A stretch of 63,971 nucleotides of DNA, the filler included, from Olpidium bornovanus S191 (taxonomy: Eukaryota > Fungi > Olpidiomycota): assembly GCA_017911155.1 (NCBI GenBank). It is 25 parts of 25 records of this genome, joined end to end, with 100 filler letters (N's around TTAATTAATTAA, not from the genome) between each part and the next. Parts side by side here need not be neighbours in the genome. Positions count along the whole stretch, not along the records: positions 34,576 to 36,142 come from JAEFCI010008358.1; positions 36,243 to 39,102 come from JAEFCI010003027.1; positions 39,203 to 45,277 come from JAEFCI010012738.1; positions 45,378 to 46,674 come from JAEFCI010005184.1; 21 more parts are not named here. The stretch is one strand, 5' to 3'. Position 1 is the first letter of the stretch, and each line of letters begins with the position of its first letter. This document shows, one piece after another, positions 34,576-45,905 of the stretch. The notes beneath the pieces are model-generated. The model saw only the letters and a program-made list of their open reading frames with translations, was not told where the DNA came from and did not search any database. The position numbers were made by a program, and so were the translations under genes.

Positions 34576-34930
34576 CATGCAGCGTCCGACGAAGATTCAG
34601 ACGCAAAATCAAAGCAGGCTCAGACGCAGAATTTGACACAGGTTCATATGTAGATTTTGGCAGTGGGTGGATTCAGATGCAGCATCCGACACAAAATTCT
34701 GCTCAAATTCAAACGTAAAATTTGGAGCAGAACGCAACGCAGATTCAGACGTAAAATCTGACGCATTCAGACGCAGATTCAACGGTAGAATTCGACGCTG
34801 ATTCTGAGGCAGATTTCAACGCAGTACTTGATGGTGATTCGGACGCAAAATTGGACATTTTGACGCATAATTTGATGTAGATTCAAGAACGAAATCCGCT
34901 AAATCCGGCGCATAAATTATAGATCCAATG
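34576..34930. repeat. Degenerate 12-bp tandem array, consensus ~GACGCAGATTCA, roughly 25-28 units
   Basis: Units such as GACGAAGATTCA, GACGCAAAATCA, GACGCAGAATTT, AACGCAGATTCA, GACGCAGATTCA, GACGCTGATTCT, GATGTAGATTCA; a few indels. Confidence 0.8.
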
Positions 34931-36285
34931 CACAATGCGCGGGATGAACAGAAGATACACTAAAAGAAGAACGGAAAGGGGGGTGTGTGTGTGTGTGGGA
35001 GGGGGGGGGGCGCACACACGCAAAAGCACCCGGAACTTACCGTAAACGAGATATAGGAAAGGAGGTTAAAGGAAAATCACCCCTTTGGACAAGAGGTTTC
35101 GGGAAATCACCCCTCACGCGCTGCCGGGCCGGCGCCGCTCGAACGCTCGCACGTCCTCCGACAACCGGTCAGCCTCACGCACCGCCTTTTCGTAGGCAGG
35201 CTTGGCTGCGCGGGCGGACTCACGGTGGGCGTAATCACCCGACTCCGCGGCCAGGGCTTCCGCCTAACAGGCTTTGCACCAGGCGGCTTGCGCCGGCTCC
35301 CTCGCCGATCGCGCGATCACCCTCTGCTCCATGAGCTCCCAGTCCCAGAACGCGCACTGGTGGCGGACATGCCATTCGGGCGCGTTCCTGACTGCCTGCC
35401 TGCGATTCTTCATGTCGAAGCCCAGCCGGCCCGCGGTGGGGCGCCCGCCGGCCGGCACAGGGATTTCTCCCTGGCCATTCGGCGTTTACAGTTCGGTTGC
35501 GGCCGCGGCGTTTGCAGTTGGACCCTGCATCTGCATCACGATGAGCCCCGGCGGCGCAGGCCGCGTTAAGGCGCTCTGCGGCGGCGGCGGATCCAGAGGC
35601 GATGTCGATAGTATACATTCTGACGCTCTGTTGTTTGCTTTTCTTTCCTGCTTCTCTCAACAGATCTCCTATATTTTCTCCTCTCTCCTTTGTTCTTTGA
35701 TAAGGCGATTTGCTTTTGAAGGCAACGTGCGACGGCGGGTTCGTAGCTTGGGGTGAAGGCGGGGAGCCGAAAGTCCGTGGCGGGGGGGGGGGAAGCGGGG
35801 GGAAGGTCGATATGTTTTGTCGCGTGGATGGGGGGAGGTCGGCATCAAGAACGGGTAGCGGTGGGGCCCGGAGGCGCGGCGGGAGAGGGATTTATCGCCG
35901 GGCGGTCCAACGCGTTCCGGCGGCCAACCAGTGCGCGAATTAGCGGCGTCCGGCGGGGGGTGGTGTCGTGGGGATGTGGGGGTGGCGGAGAGGAGATGCA
36001 GGCCGGCGGCGGGCGGGGGCGCATGCGGCGAGGACTGCGCGTCCTCGCGGACCCGGTGCGGTCCCAGACCCCGGCGGATCGGGCAGGCCACCGGCAAGCC
36101 CTGGGGACTCCCGGGAAACCGCTTTGGCGCGCGCGCGTCGGCNNNNNNNNNNNNNNNNNNNNNNNNNNNNNNNNNNNNNNNNNNNNTTAATTAATTAANN
36201 NNNNNNNNNNNNNNNNNNNNNNNNNNNNNNNNNNNNNNNNNNAGACAGAGAGAGAGAGAGAGAAAAAAAGAGAAAAAAAAAAAGG

Positions 36286-36325
<40 letters not shown>

Positions 36326-36405
36326 CCCCGCCTCCTCCCGCCCCCCGTCATCCCCCGAGCAGAGAACCCCGCTTCCGAGACCCCGCGAGGACGCCACCCG
36401 GCCAC

Positions 36406-39102
36406 ATGTCCGCGGTCGCCGCCGTCGAGCCCTGCGCGGCGCTCTCCCCGCGGGGTGCCGCTCGCGCCGCCGCCGCCGCCGACGCGCCGCCGGTCGGTGC
36501 CGGGGCAGGCGGCCCCCGCGAAGTCGCCGCCGACAAGGAGAACGACGCGTCGCGAGCCGCCGCCGGAAAGGACGAAGGCCGCCGGGCGGAGCTTGCGAAG
36601 CAGCAGGAGGCGACCGACAGGCTGATCGCGCTCGCTCTGGCCGAAGGGGACGCAAACAGCTACAACTACGGCGACTACGACAATACCTGGGACCGGGGCG
36701 GCTCGTCGTCAGGCGGCGGGGAGACCGACAGCGGCGGGGAGGATTACGACCCGAACAAGCGCCACGCCGGCGCAGCCAAGACGAAAAAGCAGAAGAAGAA
36801 GACCGCCGCAAAAAAAGGAAAGAAAGTATCGCTTGGTGAGTTTGTGCGGTAACGCCCTCGCCCTCGCCCTGGCCCTCGCCCTCGCCCACGCATTCGCGGT
36901 TTGCCCGCGCGGAGCCGGTACGAACGGCAGGAACACCGTGCATCGGACGCGTTTTGCCGTGTCTTGCCGTAGGTTTGCTGCGGTTCTCCCCGCTCCCCTC
37001 CCCCCACCGGTGTCCGCCGACGTTGCTCTGCACGTGCGTGTAAAGTCGGATGCGCAGATGCTCCGCGTTCGAAAGCACAGCGCGAGTTCAACTAGGGTCA
37101 TCTGATGTCGGAGAACTCATTTCGCGCGCCACAATTTCGACGTCAGAAACGGGCACGTCCAAACCCGCGGCCGAGCCCGTGGCAGACGTGCCGTCCGTCC
37201 GCGGCGAAAGGACGCCGAAAAAAGCTGTGCCGAAAACGACTCCGGCACCGGCGAAAACGACTCCGGCACCGGCGAAAACAAAGGAAGCCGCTGCCTCCGA
37301 TGGCCAGCGGACCGCCAGTCCCAGTACGCTGAAGACCGGGAAATATCTCGAAGACGAGGAGAATCTGTTTCTCGAAGGGCTCGAGCTGTGCGGTCGCGAT
37401 TGGCACAAGGTACTGCATGTCTCCCCCCGCCCCCGCCTCCTCCTCCTCGGTCGCGTATGTGCCAGAATACCGTTCTCGCTGTTCAATTGCCCACTCTAAA
37501 ACAACATTCCGACCTCGCGGGACATTCAGGTTGCGGACCATATGGGCCACACCCGCGAGGAGCAGAATATTCGGAGCCACGCCCAGACACATTTCATCAG
37601 GCTCTTTCGTGATGGAAAGCTCCTGCCTGCCAAGGTCGCCGAGAGCGGATGCGGCTACACGCTGTCGGGCAAGCCCCTTGATCCGGAGTCAGTTTCTGCG
37701 CGAAGGTACCTTGACGACTGGGACCCGAACGACGAGAAAAACAGGGCAGCAATCGAGGCTAATAACAGAGGGTCGGACGGCGCCGCTGCAAAGGCGCCTG
37801 CTACGCTGTACGTACCGGTTTTGGGTGATAGACGAGAATCTCGCGCGCCGCTAATGGCAGTGCGGACTTGCAACACGGGATCTACGTAGCAAAGCATCGA
37901 AGGCGCCGGGCGCTGTAGCGAAAAGAAGAAAAAAAGAGTTTCCGGTACAGACGACGGAGAACGTCCAGGAAGTCACGCCCGCGGCGCAGGACGGCTCTTC
38001 TGCTGAGCCCGCCGCTGCTGCTGAGGAGCCCGTCGCAGCTTCGGCAACGGGACCACCGGTGGGCGAGGAATCTGCCGCGGCGGGGCTGACCAAGCGAAAG
38101 GAGCCTCCCGCCGCGCGCGAAGATCCAAGCCCTGTCGGACCACAAGTATCCGCCACAGCAGGCGACGCAGACGCTCATCGTTCGCCCCCTGCCACTCGAG
38201 AAAATAAGTTGCAGCAGAAGAGAGCTCGCAAGGAGCAAGCGGCGGCCGCTGCAACGGACTCCGCAGCGGACTCCGCGACGGAACGCAAGATGCGACTCCG
38301 CCCTAGGAGAACCAAACCCTCCGAGCTGGCTTTTGCCGAGCTGCCATCAGACTTGTGAGTGGTTTCCGCCGACTCGACCTCACCGTCGCATTTGGTTGTC
38401 CCTTGGTGAAGTGACTTTTGTCTTCCCTCCTCCACCTCCTCCCACCCTCTCTCCTTTCCATTTTCCCCGCCAATTTTTCTTCTTTGTTCTTTTTTCTTTT
38501 CTTCTCCTTTTGTTTGTTTGTTTTTTTTTTTTAAGAGATCCGCATTCGCGGATTGTCTGCGACCACTTCAGCGCGCCGCCAAACAGTGGACTTCCGGGAG
38601 CCCAACCGTTTAAAGTTGAAGTTTCCACGGGATGCTTCGTTGTGATGGACTGCCACGCCCACCTGCGGAACGCGGAAATCATCGGCTTTTTGGCGGGGCA
38701 CTGGGACCAGGAGGCGAAGTGTACGTGTGAGGCCAGTCAGAGAGGGTTGTGCCCGTTCAAACAGTGCGCTGATCCTGCGTGCTCGCGGGCCCGCACCTCT
38801 CGTCTAATACAGGTCTCAAAGTTCTCGCCGCTCATCCGTGCAAGGCGCTTTCGGTCCACGAGGACGTCATCAATGTCGAAATGGACCCCGAAGCCGCCGA
38901 CGCCGTTCGCGCGGAGATCGAGGAAAGAGGCTTGGGCGTTGTGGGCTGGTACCACTCCCATCCATTCTTTTCGCCTGACCCGAGCAACATCGACCTTGTG
39001 AACCAAAACAACTACCAAAGGTTGACGCGGGACGACCTCGGGTTCGCGCCGTTCGTTGGCGCCATCGTCAGTAAGTTGCCGGAATGAACCGCTGCTCTCA
39101 TG
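36406..39102 (+). CDS. MYSM1: MYSM1-like SANT/Myb + MPN(JAMM) deubiquitinase, multi-exon, 3' partial
   Basis: SANT: YLEDEENLFLEGLELCGRDWHK / VADHMGHTR..IRSHAQTHF. MPN+: QPFKVEV..VMDCHAHL..AEIIGFLAG and VVGWYHSHPFFSPDPSNID (JAMM HxH..D intact). Confidence 0.88.
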
Positions 39103-39206
39103 NNNNNNNNNNNNNNNNNNNNNNNNNNNNNNNNNNNNNNNNNNNNTTAATTAATTAANNNNNNNNNNNNNNNNNNNNNNNNNNNNNNNNNNNNNNNNNN
39201 NNCTCT

Positions 39207-39318
<112 letters not shown>

Positions 39319-40037
39319 CGTTTTTGGGGTGCGCCCTCTCCACCACCACCAACCCCCCGCCCGCCCGCCCGCCCGCCTGCAAACCGGAGGGCGAGAAAGG
39401 GTGCGAGAATTCAAAATTCCCGTGGCAGACGAACCGCACGACGCCCAGGAGCGGCCGAGGTTTCCCCAACCCCTTCCCCCTCCGTTTCCCCCCGGGGGCC
39501 CCGGGGAGGGCTGCAGAGTTCCGGCGCCGCCGCGGAAAGCTCTGCGGGAAAAGGGTTAATGATTTCTTTCTTTTGAATTTCGGACTGCCGGGCGGAGATC
39601 GCTGGGCTGGCCAACACAAAAACGGTTTCTCATCTGTTGCGCTCTGCAAAGTTCGCACCTTCCTCCCCCCACCCGAGAAGGGATCACTTCTCTCAATGCT
39701 TTTTGTCGTTGGAAATGGTGCAACTGACTCTCGTGAATTACAGTAATGCCCTGTGGTGGGAGGAATCCGAACTCGTTTTGCAAAATGCGCCCTTGAAGGA
39801 AAAAACACAACAAAATGCCCGTTGTGACGAGCGTCACCTATAACAGGTGGCGATTCCACATGGGCATACAGTTGTACAAACGGAAAAGGAGGGGGGAAGA
39901 TGCCCACAACAAGAATTCTCCAGGCCCACCGCCAGCGAGATCGCTCGTCCCGTAAATGCTCCCAAAAAAAGGGCGACGAAAAAGGCTTCGCCAAAAAATA
40001 AATTAATATCAAATAAAATATAATAAAAAAATTGGCT

Positions 40038-42329
40038 TCACAGCCTGAGCTCTTTCCGTATTTGCATGACGTCTTCCATGCCCTTCCGGTGCTCCTTTTC
40101 GAGATCGACCAGCCTCGCGGCTTCGACCGTGAGCTTCACCCTCGTGCCTGCGGCGCTTGCGAGCTTTCTCCCGCGTCCGCCGCCGTCGTCCCCGTCGTCC
40201 TCCCCGTCCGACGATCCGGCCGCGCCGGCGCCGCGAGGCCGCCTGTGTCCGGCCCCCTTGCGCGGATCGGCCAACGGGGCGAGAAACGTCGTCGGCTTTT
40301 TAATTCCTAACGCGTACTGCTTCATCTGGTAAACGGGGAAAAACCAAAAAGTCAAAGGCGAGTAGCGGGCCCCGACATTTCGCACACGGTCATTTCCAAT
40401 GTAAATAAGGCGGGAAGGGGCGGAAGAGGGGGGGGGGGAACGGGGGGGGGGGGGGGGAAGAGGGATCGGGGGAAAGCGGGATACAGGAAAGGACCGCCGC
40501 GACAGTCTATATGACAAGACGCAGGTGGCGGCGGCGCAGGCGGCGCCTACCTTCAGCCTTCTCGCTGCCGCTTCAATCATTTCCTTGGGACCGGGATGGT
40601 TCCCTGCAAGGATAGGTGCCGGCGGGGGCGGCAGCCTGGAGGTCTTTGTGCCTTCCCCGGGGTCCACAGAGTTCTCGGTCGCCGACTGGCACGACGAGGA
40701 AGACTGCAAGCATCCGCAGGGCGCCGGCGAAGGCGGGTGGACGTCCCCGCCGCCGAGCGCTGCCGCTGGGCGGTGACGGCCGCCAATGCTCTTCGTGCGG
40801 TGCTGGCGCACGGCCAACGCGTGCACCCGGACCTTGGCCGCATACGACCGCTGCTTGCGGTACTTTTCTAGCTGGCGGGGGCCGACGCGGCGTCGCGGTC
40901 CACGGGAAAACGTGGAGAACCGCAAAACGAGGGTTAGCGGGGAAAGCGGGCGGAGGGTGTAGCCGGATCGCGGAACAGGCACTTTCGGCGAGCCCCGGTT
41001 TGCAGGAGGCAGATTTTTTAGCCTCGCCCAAAAAAAACCACTAACCCGCGCCTGGTACTCGTCGCTCTCCTTGTCCAACCCCAAGCTCCCCAGCTTGACG
41101 TCCATCTGCATTATCGTTCGCCTTGCGGCGGCCGCTCGCCCAAGGTTTCCGGAGGCTTCCGTCTCGCCGTCGGTTGCGAGCTGCGCGTGACCCGGCGCCG
41201 GCACCGGGGCGCGTTGACGCCCGCCGGGATCTCGCCGCAACGGCGGGAGGCTGACCGTCCTCTTCTGCTGCTGCTGCGGCTGCTGCTGCACGGCCTCCGT
41301 CTGGAAGCGACGACGTTGTTCCACGCTCACGTCCGGCCGATGATGCGCTTCCATCGCTCGTTCCATTGCCGGCGGAAAGCGTAGCTGGAGCCGCGAAGCC
41401 GGACTGTCGTACGCGCAATCGCCGGGACCGGCGGTCTCGCCCCTGTGGAATCCCAGTGGCGCGGGGCTGTACAAGGGCGGACACCAGCTTTGCCGGAAAG
41501 GAACAGGATGCGCCGCGGGCCAAGGGGGCGCTCCCGGTATGTTTGCGCGGTCGCCAAGTTCGAACAACCGCACAGCCTGGGCAGCCGCCCAGCGGTGGAC
41601 GGCACTTTCGGCCGCCGCTTCGTGCGGCGGCCTTCCCGCCGGCAGCGGTTCCGCAGGCCGCTTAAGCTGGGCATGCGAAGGCGGGTCGATTACCCGATTT
41701 GCTACGCTTTGTCGCCGGGGAACACCAGGGGGTGCGGACGCAAGCGGAGGGGCCGCCGCGGCCGCCGGGGCGGCAGAGGTCACCGGAAGGGCGGCGGAGG
41801 CCACCGGAAGGACAACGGCGGGCCGAAGCGACGGCGCTACGGACGGCCGCCGTTGCGCAGCCGGGGCCAAGCAAGGCCCCTTGTCCTTCAAAACGGCGTC
41901 CGCAGAAAGGTCTCTGGCCGCTGACGACCGGCGTACGTTCGCCCGGGTCGGCGCAGGCGCCCACGGCGTTTCGAGGCTCGTTCCCGGGCCTCCGTCGCAC
42001 GCGACGGCCGACGGCGGGACGGGGCCGCCTTCGGCGGGGCCGTCTTTCTCGGCGGCATCCGACAGCGAGTCCCAGGACCTGCACGCCTCGATGCGTTGGA
42101 CAAACGCCGTTTTCGACCGGGCGGAGGACGACCTGCGGGCCCCGCCGGCGGCGGATGCTTCGCTGGCGCCCTCCCCCGACTCCCTCCTCCTCCTCCTCCG
42201 CCCCAGCTGCTGCCGAGAGTAAGCCGCCCCGCTCTTCACGCCGGCAGCGGCAGTTGCGGGCCCGCCGTCCCCGAGCGAGACGCGTCGGTCGGCGGCGGCG
42301 GCGGCGGCGTGCGGCAACGGGGCCTGCAT
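40038..42329 (-). CDS. JHY: JHY-domain (ciliary, C11orf63-like) protein, 3 exons
   Basis: After splicing (introns ~41044-40872 and ~40544-40328): MDVKLGSLGLDKESDEYQAR/LEKYRKQRSYAAKVR, AAARRLK/MKQYALGIKKP, RLVDLEKEHRKGMEDV. Same order as the three conserved JHY blocks as recalled (VKLGGLGPDFES, QKEYAKQVK, ALEYAKTIPKP, LQNRHEREKQAV). Confidence 0.72.
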   Translation of the reverse strand: MQAPLPHAAAAAADRRVSLGDGGPATAAAGVKSGAAYSRQQLGRRRRRRESGEGASEASAAGGARRSSSARSKTAFVQRIEACRSWDSLSDAAEKDGPAEGGPVPPSAVACDGGPGTSLETPWAPAPTRANVRRSSAARDLSADAVLKDKGPCLAPAAQRRPSVAPSLRPAVVLPVASAALPVTSAAPAAAAAPPLASAPPGVPRRQSVANRVIDPPSHAQLKRPAEPLPAGRPPHEAAAESAVHRWAAAQAVRLFELGDRANIPGAPPWPAAHPVPFRQSWCPPLYSPAPLGFHRGETAGPGDCAYDSPASRLQLRFPPAMERAMEAHHRPDVSVEQRRRFQTEAVQQQPQQQQKRTVSLPPLRRDPGGRQRAPVPAPGHAQLATDGETEASGNLGRAAAARRTIMQMDVKLGSLGLDKESDEYQARVSGFFWARLKNLPPANRGSPKVPVPRSGYTLRPLSPLTLVLRFSTFSRGPRRRVGPRQLEKYRKQRSYAAKVRVHALAVRQHRTKSIGGRHRPAAALGGGDVHPPSPAPCGCLQSSSSCQSATENSVDPGEGTKTSRLPPPPAPILAGNHPGPKEMIEAAARRLKVGAACAAATCVLSYRLSRRSFPVSRFPPIPLPPPPPRSPPPSSAPSRLIYIGNDRVRNVGARYSPLTFWFFPVYQMKQYALGIKKPTTFLAPLADPRKGAGHRRPRGAGAAGSSDGEDDGDDGGGRGRKLASAAGTRVKLTVEAARLVDLEKEHRKGMEDVMQIRKELRL

Positions 42330-44400
42330 GTTGCGGCCGTAAGGAATTTTTTTTTTCTTTTTTTTTTTTTTTTCCCCCCACACGCTCGGCAGAAGGAGAA
42401 AAGGCAAAAAAAAAAAAAAAAAAAAAAAAAAAGAAAGAAAAAAAAATAAGATTCCGCAGGAAAAACGAAACCCCGTCGGCCGACCCGGAAAGCACCGCCA
42501 CCGTCACCCTGGTTGCCCTCCTCCTCCTCGTCCGCGGCCGCCGGCCGCCGCGGCCCGGCTTCCTCGGACGGCCTCCGCGGGCCCCGGCCGCAAACGGGCC
42601 GCGCCCGCCGTGTCTCCTGCCCGCCGCCGGCGACCGACCGCCCCCGCTTCCTGTTTCCTTCACATTCCGGCCGAACCTCCGCCGAAACCATTCGACTCTC
42701 CGGGGCCGCCGCCATGGCCAAGACTCCCGCCTGTCCGCCGGGCGCGCGCCGAGGCTGGCGGCACGGAGGGCGGGGCGGGACACGCGCCGCGAGGCCGCCG
42801 AGGGATCCGCGGCTGCTGCGGAAGACGGCGGCGTCGCGCCGCCGCCGGTGGACGACGCCGCGACCGCCGCCGTTTACGCCCCGGAGCACGAGGGCGGCGT
42901 CGTCAAGCGCGGCAACCCGGCCGCCGACGTCCTCGGACACGCGGCGCTCGCGGTCACCAGGCAGCTAGAAATGCTCAACATATTCCTCGGGTTCGAACAG
43001 GCCAACAGGTACGCCATCGCCGACGTGCACGGGAACCCGCTCGGGTTCATTGCGGAGGAGGACGGCTTCGCATCTGCCGTGAAGCGGCAGCTGTTCCGAA
43101 ACCACCGGCCGTTCAAGGCGACGGTCATGAACTCAGCCGGCGAGGTCATCCTGAGGGTCGAGAGACCCTTCGCCTTCGTCAACAGCAGGGCGACTGTGTC
43201 GCTCCCCGACGGCCGCGTCATCGGCGGCGTGTACCAGCGTTGGCACCTCTGGCGCCGGCGCTACGACCTCGTGGCGCTGGCGCCCGGCAGGTCTCTCGGC
43301 AAACGGCACATGCGCCAGTTCGCCGCGGTAGACGCGCCTTTTCTGAGCTGGGACTTCAAACTGCAGGACGAGCGCGGCGGCCTGCTGGGCACCGTGGACA
43401 GGAACTTTTCCGGCTTCGCGCGGGAAATCTTCACGGATACCGGCCACGTGGGTTGCCCCGGAATTTTTTTTTGTTGATGAAGCGCGTTTTTTTTGTGTTT
43501 GGTTTTTGCGTCGCGGTTGACGGAATTTTATGACACGACGCGGCCGCGGTTTCTTTTTTGTTTTTTCGAATTTTTTTTTTCGTTTTCTGTTTTTGCTCAT
43601 TTTTGCGCCTTTTTTTAACTTTTTTGTTTGATTTTTGATTTTTGATTTTTGATTTTTGCTTTTTGATTTTTCATTTTTGGTTTTTGATTTTTGATTTTTG
43701 ATTTTTGATTTTTGATTTCTTTTTTCTTGTTTTTTTGTTTATTTGTTTTTTGGTTTTTTTGTTTTGTTTTTCGTTTTTTTTTGGCTTTTTGGATTTTTGT
43801 TTCCGTTTTCCTTTGGCGTTGCGTCGTCGTTGATCGAATCTTTGGCCCACACGCATGCATGCCGTCCGTCGTTTCCCCTCGTTACAGTACGTGCTGCGGA
43901 TGGATTCGGTCGACGGCGGCGCGATTCGCCCTTTAACTTTGGACGAGCGGGCCGTGACGCTTGGCGCCGCTATCAGCATCGACATCGACTACTTCTCCCG
44001 AAACCGAGGCGGCATCGGGATACCCGTCCCGATTTCGGTCGGAGGCGCGGGCGGAACGCCCGTCGTCATGCCGATGCCCGTCGGGGGCGCCGTCGGCGCG
44101 GCGGAGGCGGCGGAGATCGGCGCCGGAGCGGCAGCGGGGGCCGCGGCGGGCGGCGCCGCGGCCGCCGCGGGAGGCTACACGCCTCGCGGTTGGCCGCCGC
44201 AGCCGCCCGAGAGCGACCTGGGCCCCCCTCCGACAACGGCGCCGGAAGCCGGCGGCGGCGGCTCGCCGGCGTATAATGAGTGGGGAGACGAGGTCGCGGA
44301 GGACGAGGGCTTCGTGAGCGACGACGAGGCCTTCCCGGACGACGGGGGCGGGCGAAGCTGGGCAGAGACGCTCTCCGATTTCATTTGGGACGACGATTGA
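42328..44400 (+). CDS. AIM25: Phospholipid scramblase family, AIM25-like (mitochondrial); start position uncertain
   Basis: LAVTRQLEMLNIFLGFEQANRYAI, RQLFRNHRPF, RPFAFVNS, QRWHLWRRRYDL, QFAAVDAPFLSWDF, VDRNFSGFAREIFTDTG / YVLRMD..LTLDERAVTLGAAISIDIDYFSR. Confidence 0.93.
43627..43715. repeat. Intronic (TTTTTGA)n heptamer repeat
   Basis: About 12 imperfect copies inside the scramblase intron. Confidence 0.9.
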
Positions 44401-45377
44401 CGCGATACTCTGCCCCCGTATTGCGGAACAAAAGCGGTTACATGATATTCTCTCTTCCCCCGTCGACCCCTCCCCCTCAACCCCGATTTTTGGCCACACG
44501 GGTTTGATCGACTGCAGCAAAGCTATTTCTCGGCACGAGAATGAGGCGCGTCCGAATTCCCAGCGAAAGACCCGCGACTTTTAACGGAAGGAGGAGGAGG
44601 GGGAAGGGGCGGTGGGAAATTCGGCACGGCGCGCCACATAGCAACCTAAAAGGCGTGGCCCGTCATCCCCATCAAGAGGTGTAGATAAATGAGATTTGAA
44701 TGCATAATACTACTAGCAGTGGATTAGTAGGGGATGTATTATCTGCGCTGTTGTTGCGGACGCCAGTTTGCCGAGTGGACAATGCTAGTAAAATTTGTTG
44801 TTCGACTATATGAATTATGGTCTGGGGGTTTTTTTTTTGTTTTTGCGCCAATAGCGCACTAATCCGGTTCAACATATCATAAACTATAATGGATCCACCT
44901 TCATTTTTACCTTTAGAGTAGGTAGTTAAATGCTGCACCAAGTATTAATAGAAATCTAAAAACTAAAATAGTCAACAAAGTAAGAAATAAAAAAAGTAAA
45001 AATAAAAAATAAAAAATAAAATAAAAAAGGTTAAAGTGGGTGGGGGGGGGAAAGAAAAATGCTGTCGAGACGGTCAGGACGCGGGGAGGCGGAGGGAACG
45101 GCCCGCTGTTTCTGCGCGACGGCCTCTCTCCTTTTTTTTCTGCCGAGTCGTCGCCCAGGGAGGAACCAGTACTTCTTTCCCCCCCCCCCCCCCCCCCCCC
45201 CCCCGGCCCCCCCCCCCCCCCTTTTCCCCCCCCCCCCCCCCGCCCCCCCCCCCGGGACCCCCCCCCCCACCCCCGCCNNNNNNNNNNNNNNNNNNNNNNN
45301 NNNNNNNNNNNNNNNNNNNNNTTAATTAATTAANNNNNNNNNNNNNNNNNNNNNNNNNNNNNNNNNNNNNNNNNNNN

Positions 45378-45905
45378 CATGGCCCAGATTGTTGAGCTTT
45401 TGGGAAAGTACCCCAAGAAGCTCGCTCTAAGCGGGGATTTCTCGTCGCAGATATTTAATTCAAGAGGTAAATGCTATCAGAGCTGTGTGAGCCGTGTGGT
45501 TATTTATACGCCCAGGCAGCCCCCACGTGCCAACCTTGTCTTTCCCGCGGTACAGGCGAACTTCGGAACATCACGAAATTGCGCTACTGGAGTCTCCGGG
45601 ACGTCCTGGTGCAGAAATACTCGTTCTCAAAGCAGGATGCGACGGAGGTCGCGTCGTTCCTGCTCCCGATGCTGGAGTACGACCCGCGCAAGCGCGCAAC
45701 CCCGCAGCAGATGCTGGCGCACGCGTGGATCGCCAAATCTGAGCACCCCCCTCCGCCGCTGCATTCGTCACCGAACGGGGTCGTCACCGCCGCCCGCGAG
45801 CGCCGCAAGTCCCGCCGGACGTCCCTCGCCCCGGTCTCTCCGTCAGTAGCTGCATCGGCGAGCACAACGAGCACCACCCACGTCCAGAAGTCGGTTGCGC
45901 AGTAA
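45378..45905 (+). CDS. SKY1: SR-protein kinase (SRPK/Sky1/Dsk1) C-terminal part
   Basis: HMAQIVELLG..LALSGDFSSQIFNSRG / ELRNITKLRYWSLRDVLVQKY..FLLPMLEYDPRKRATPQQMLAHAW. Confidence 0.93.
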
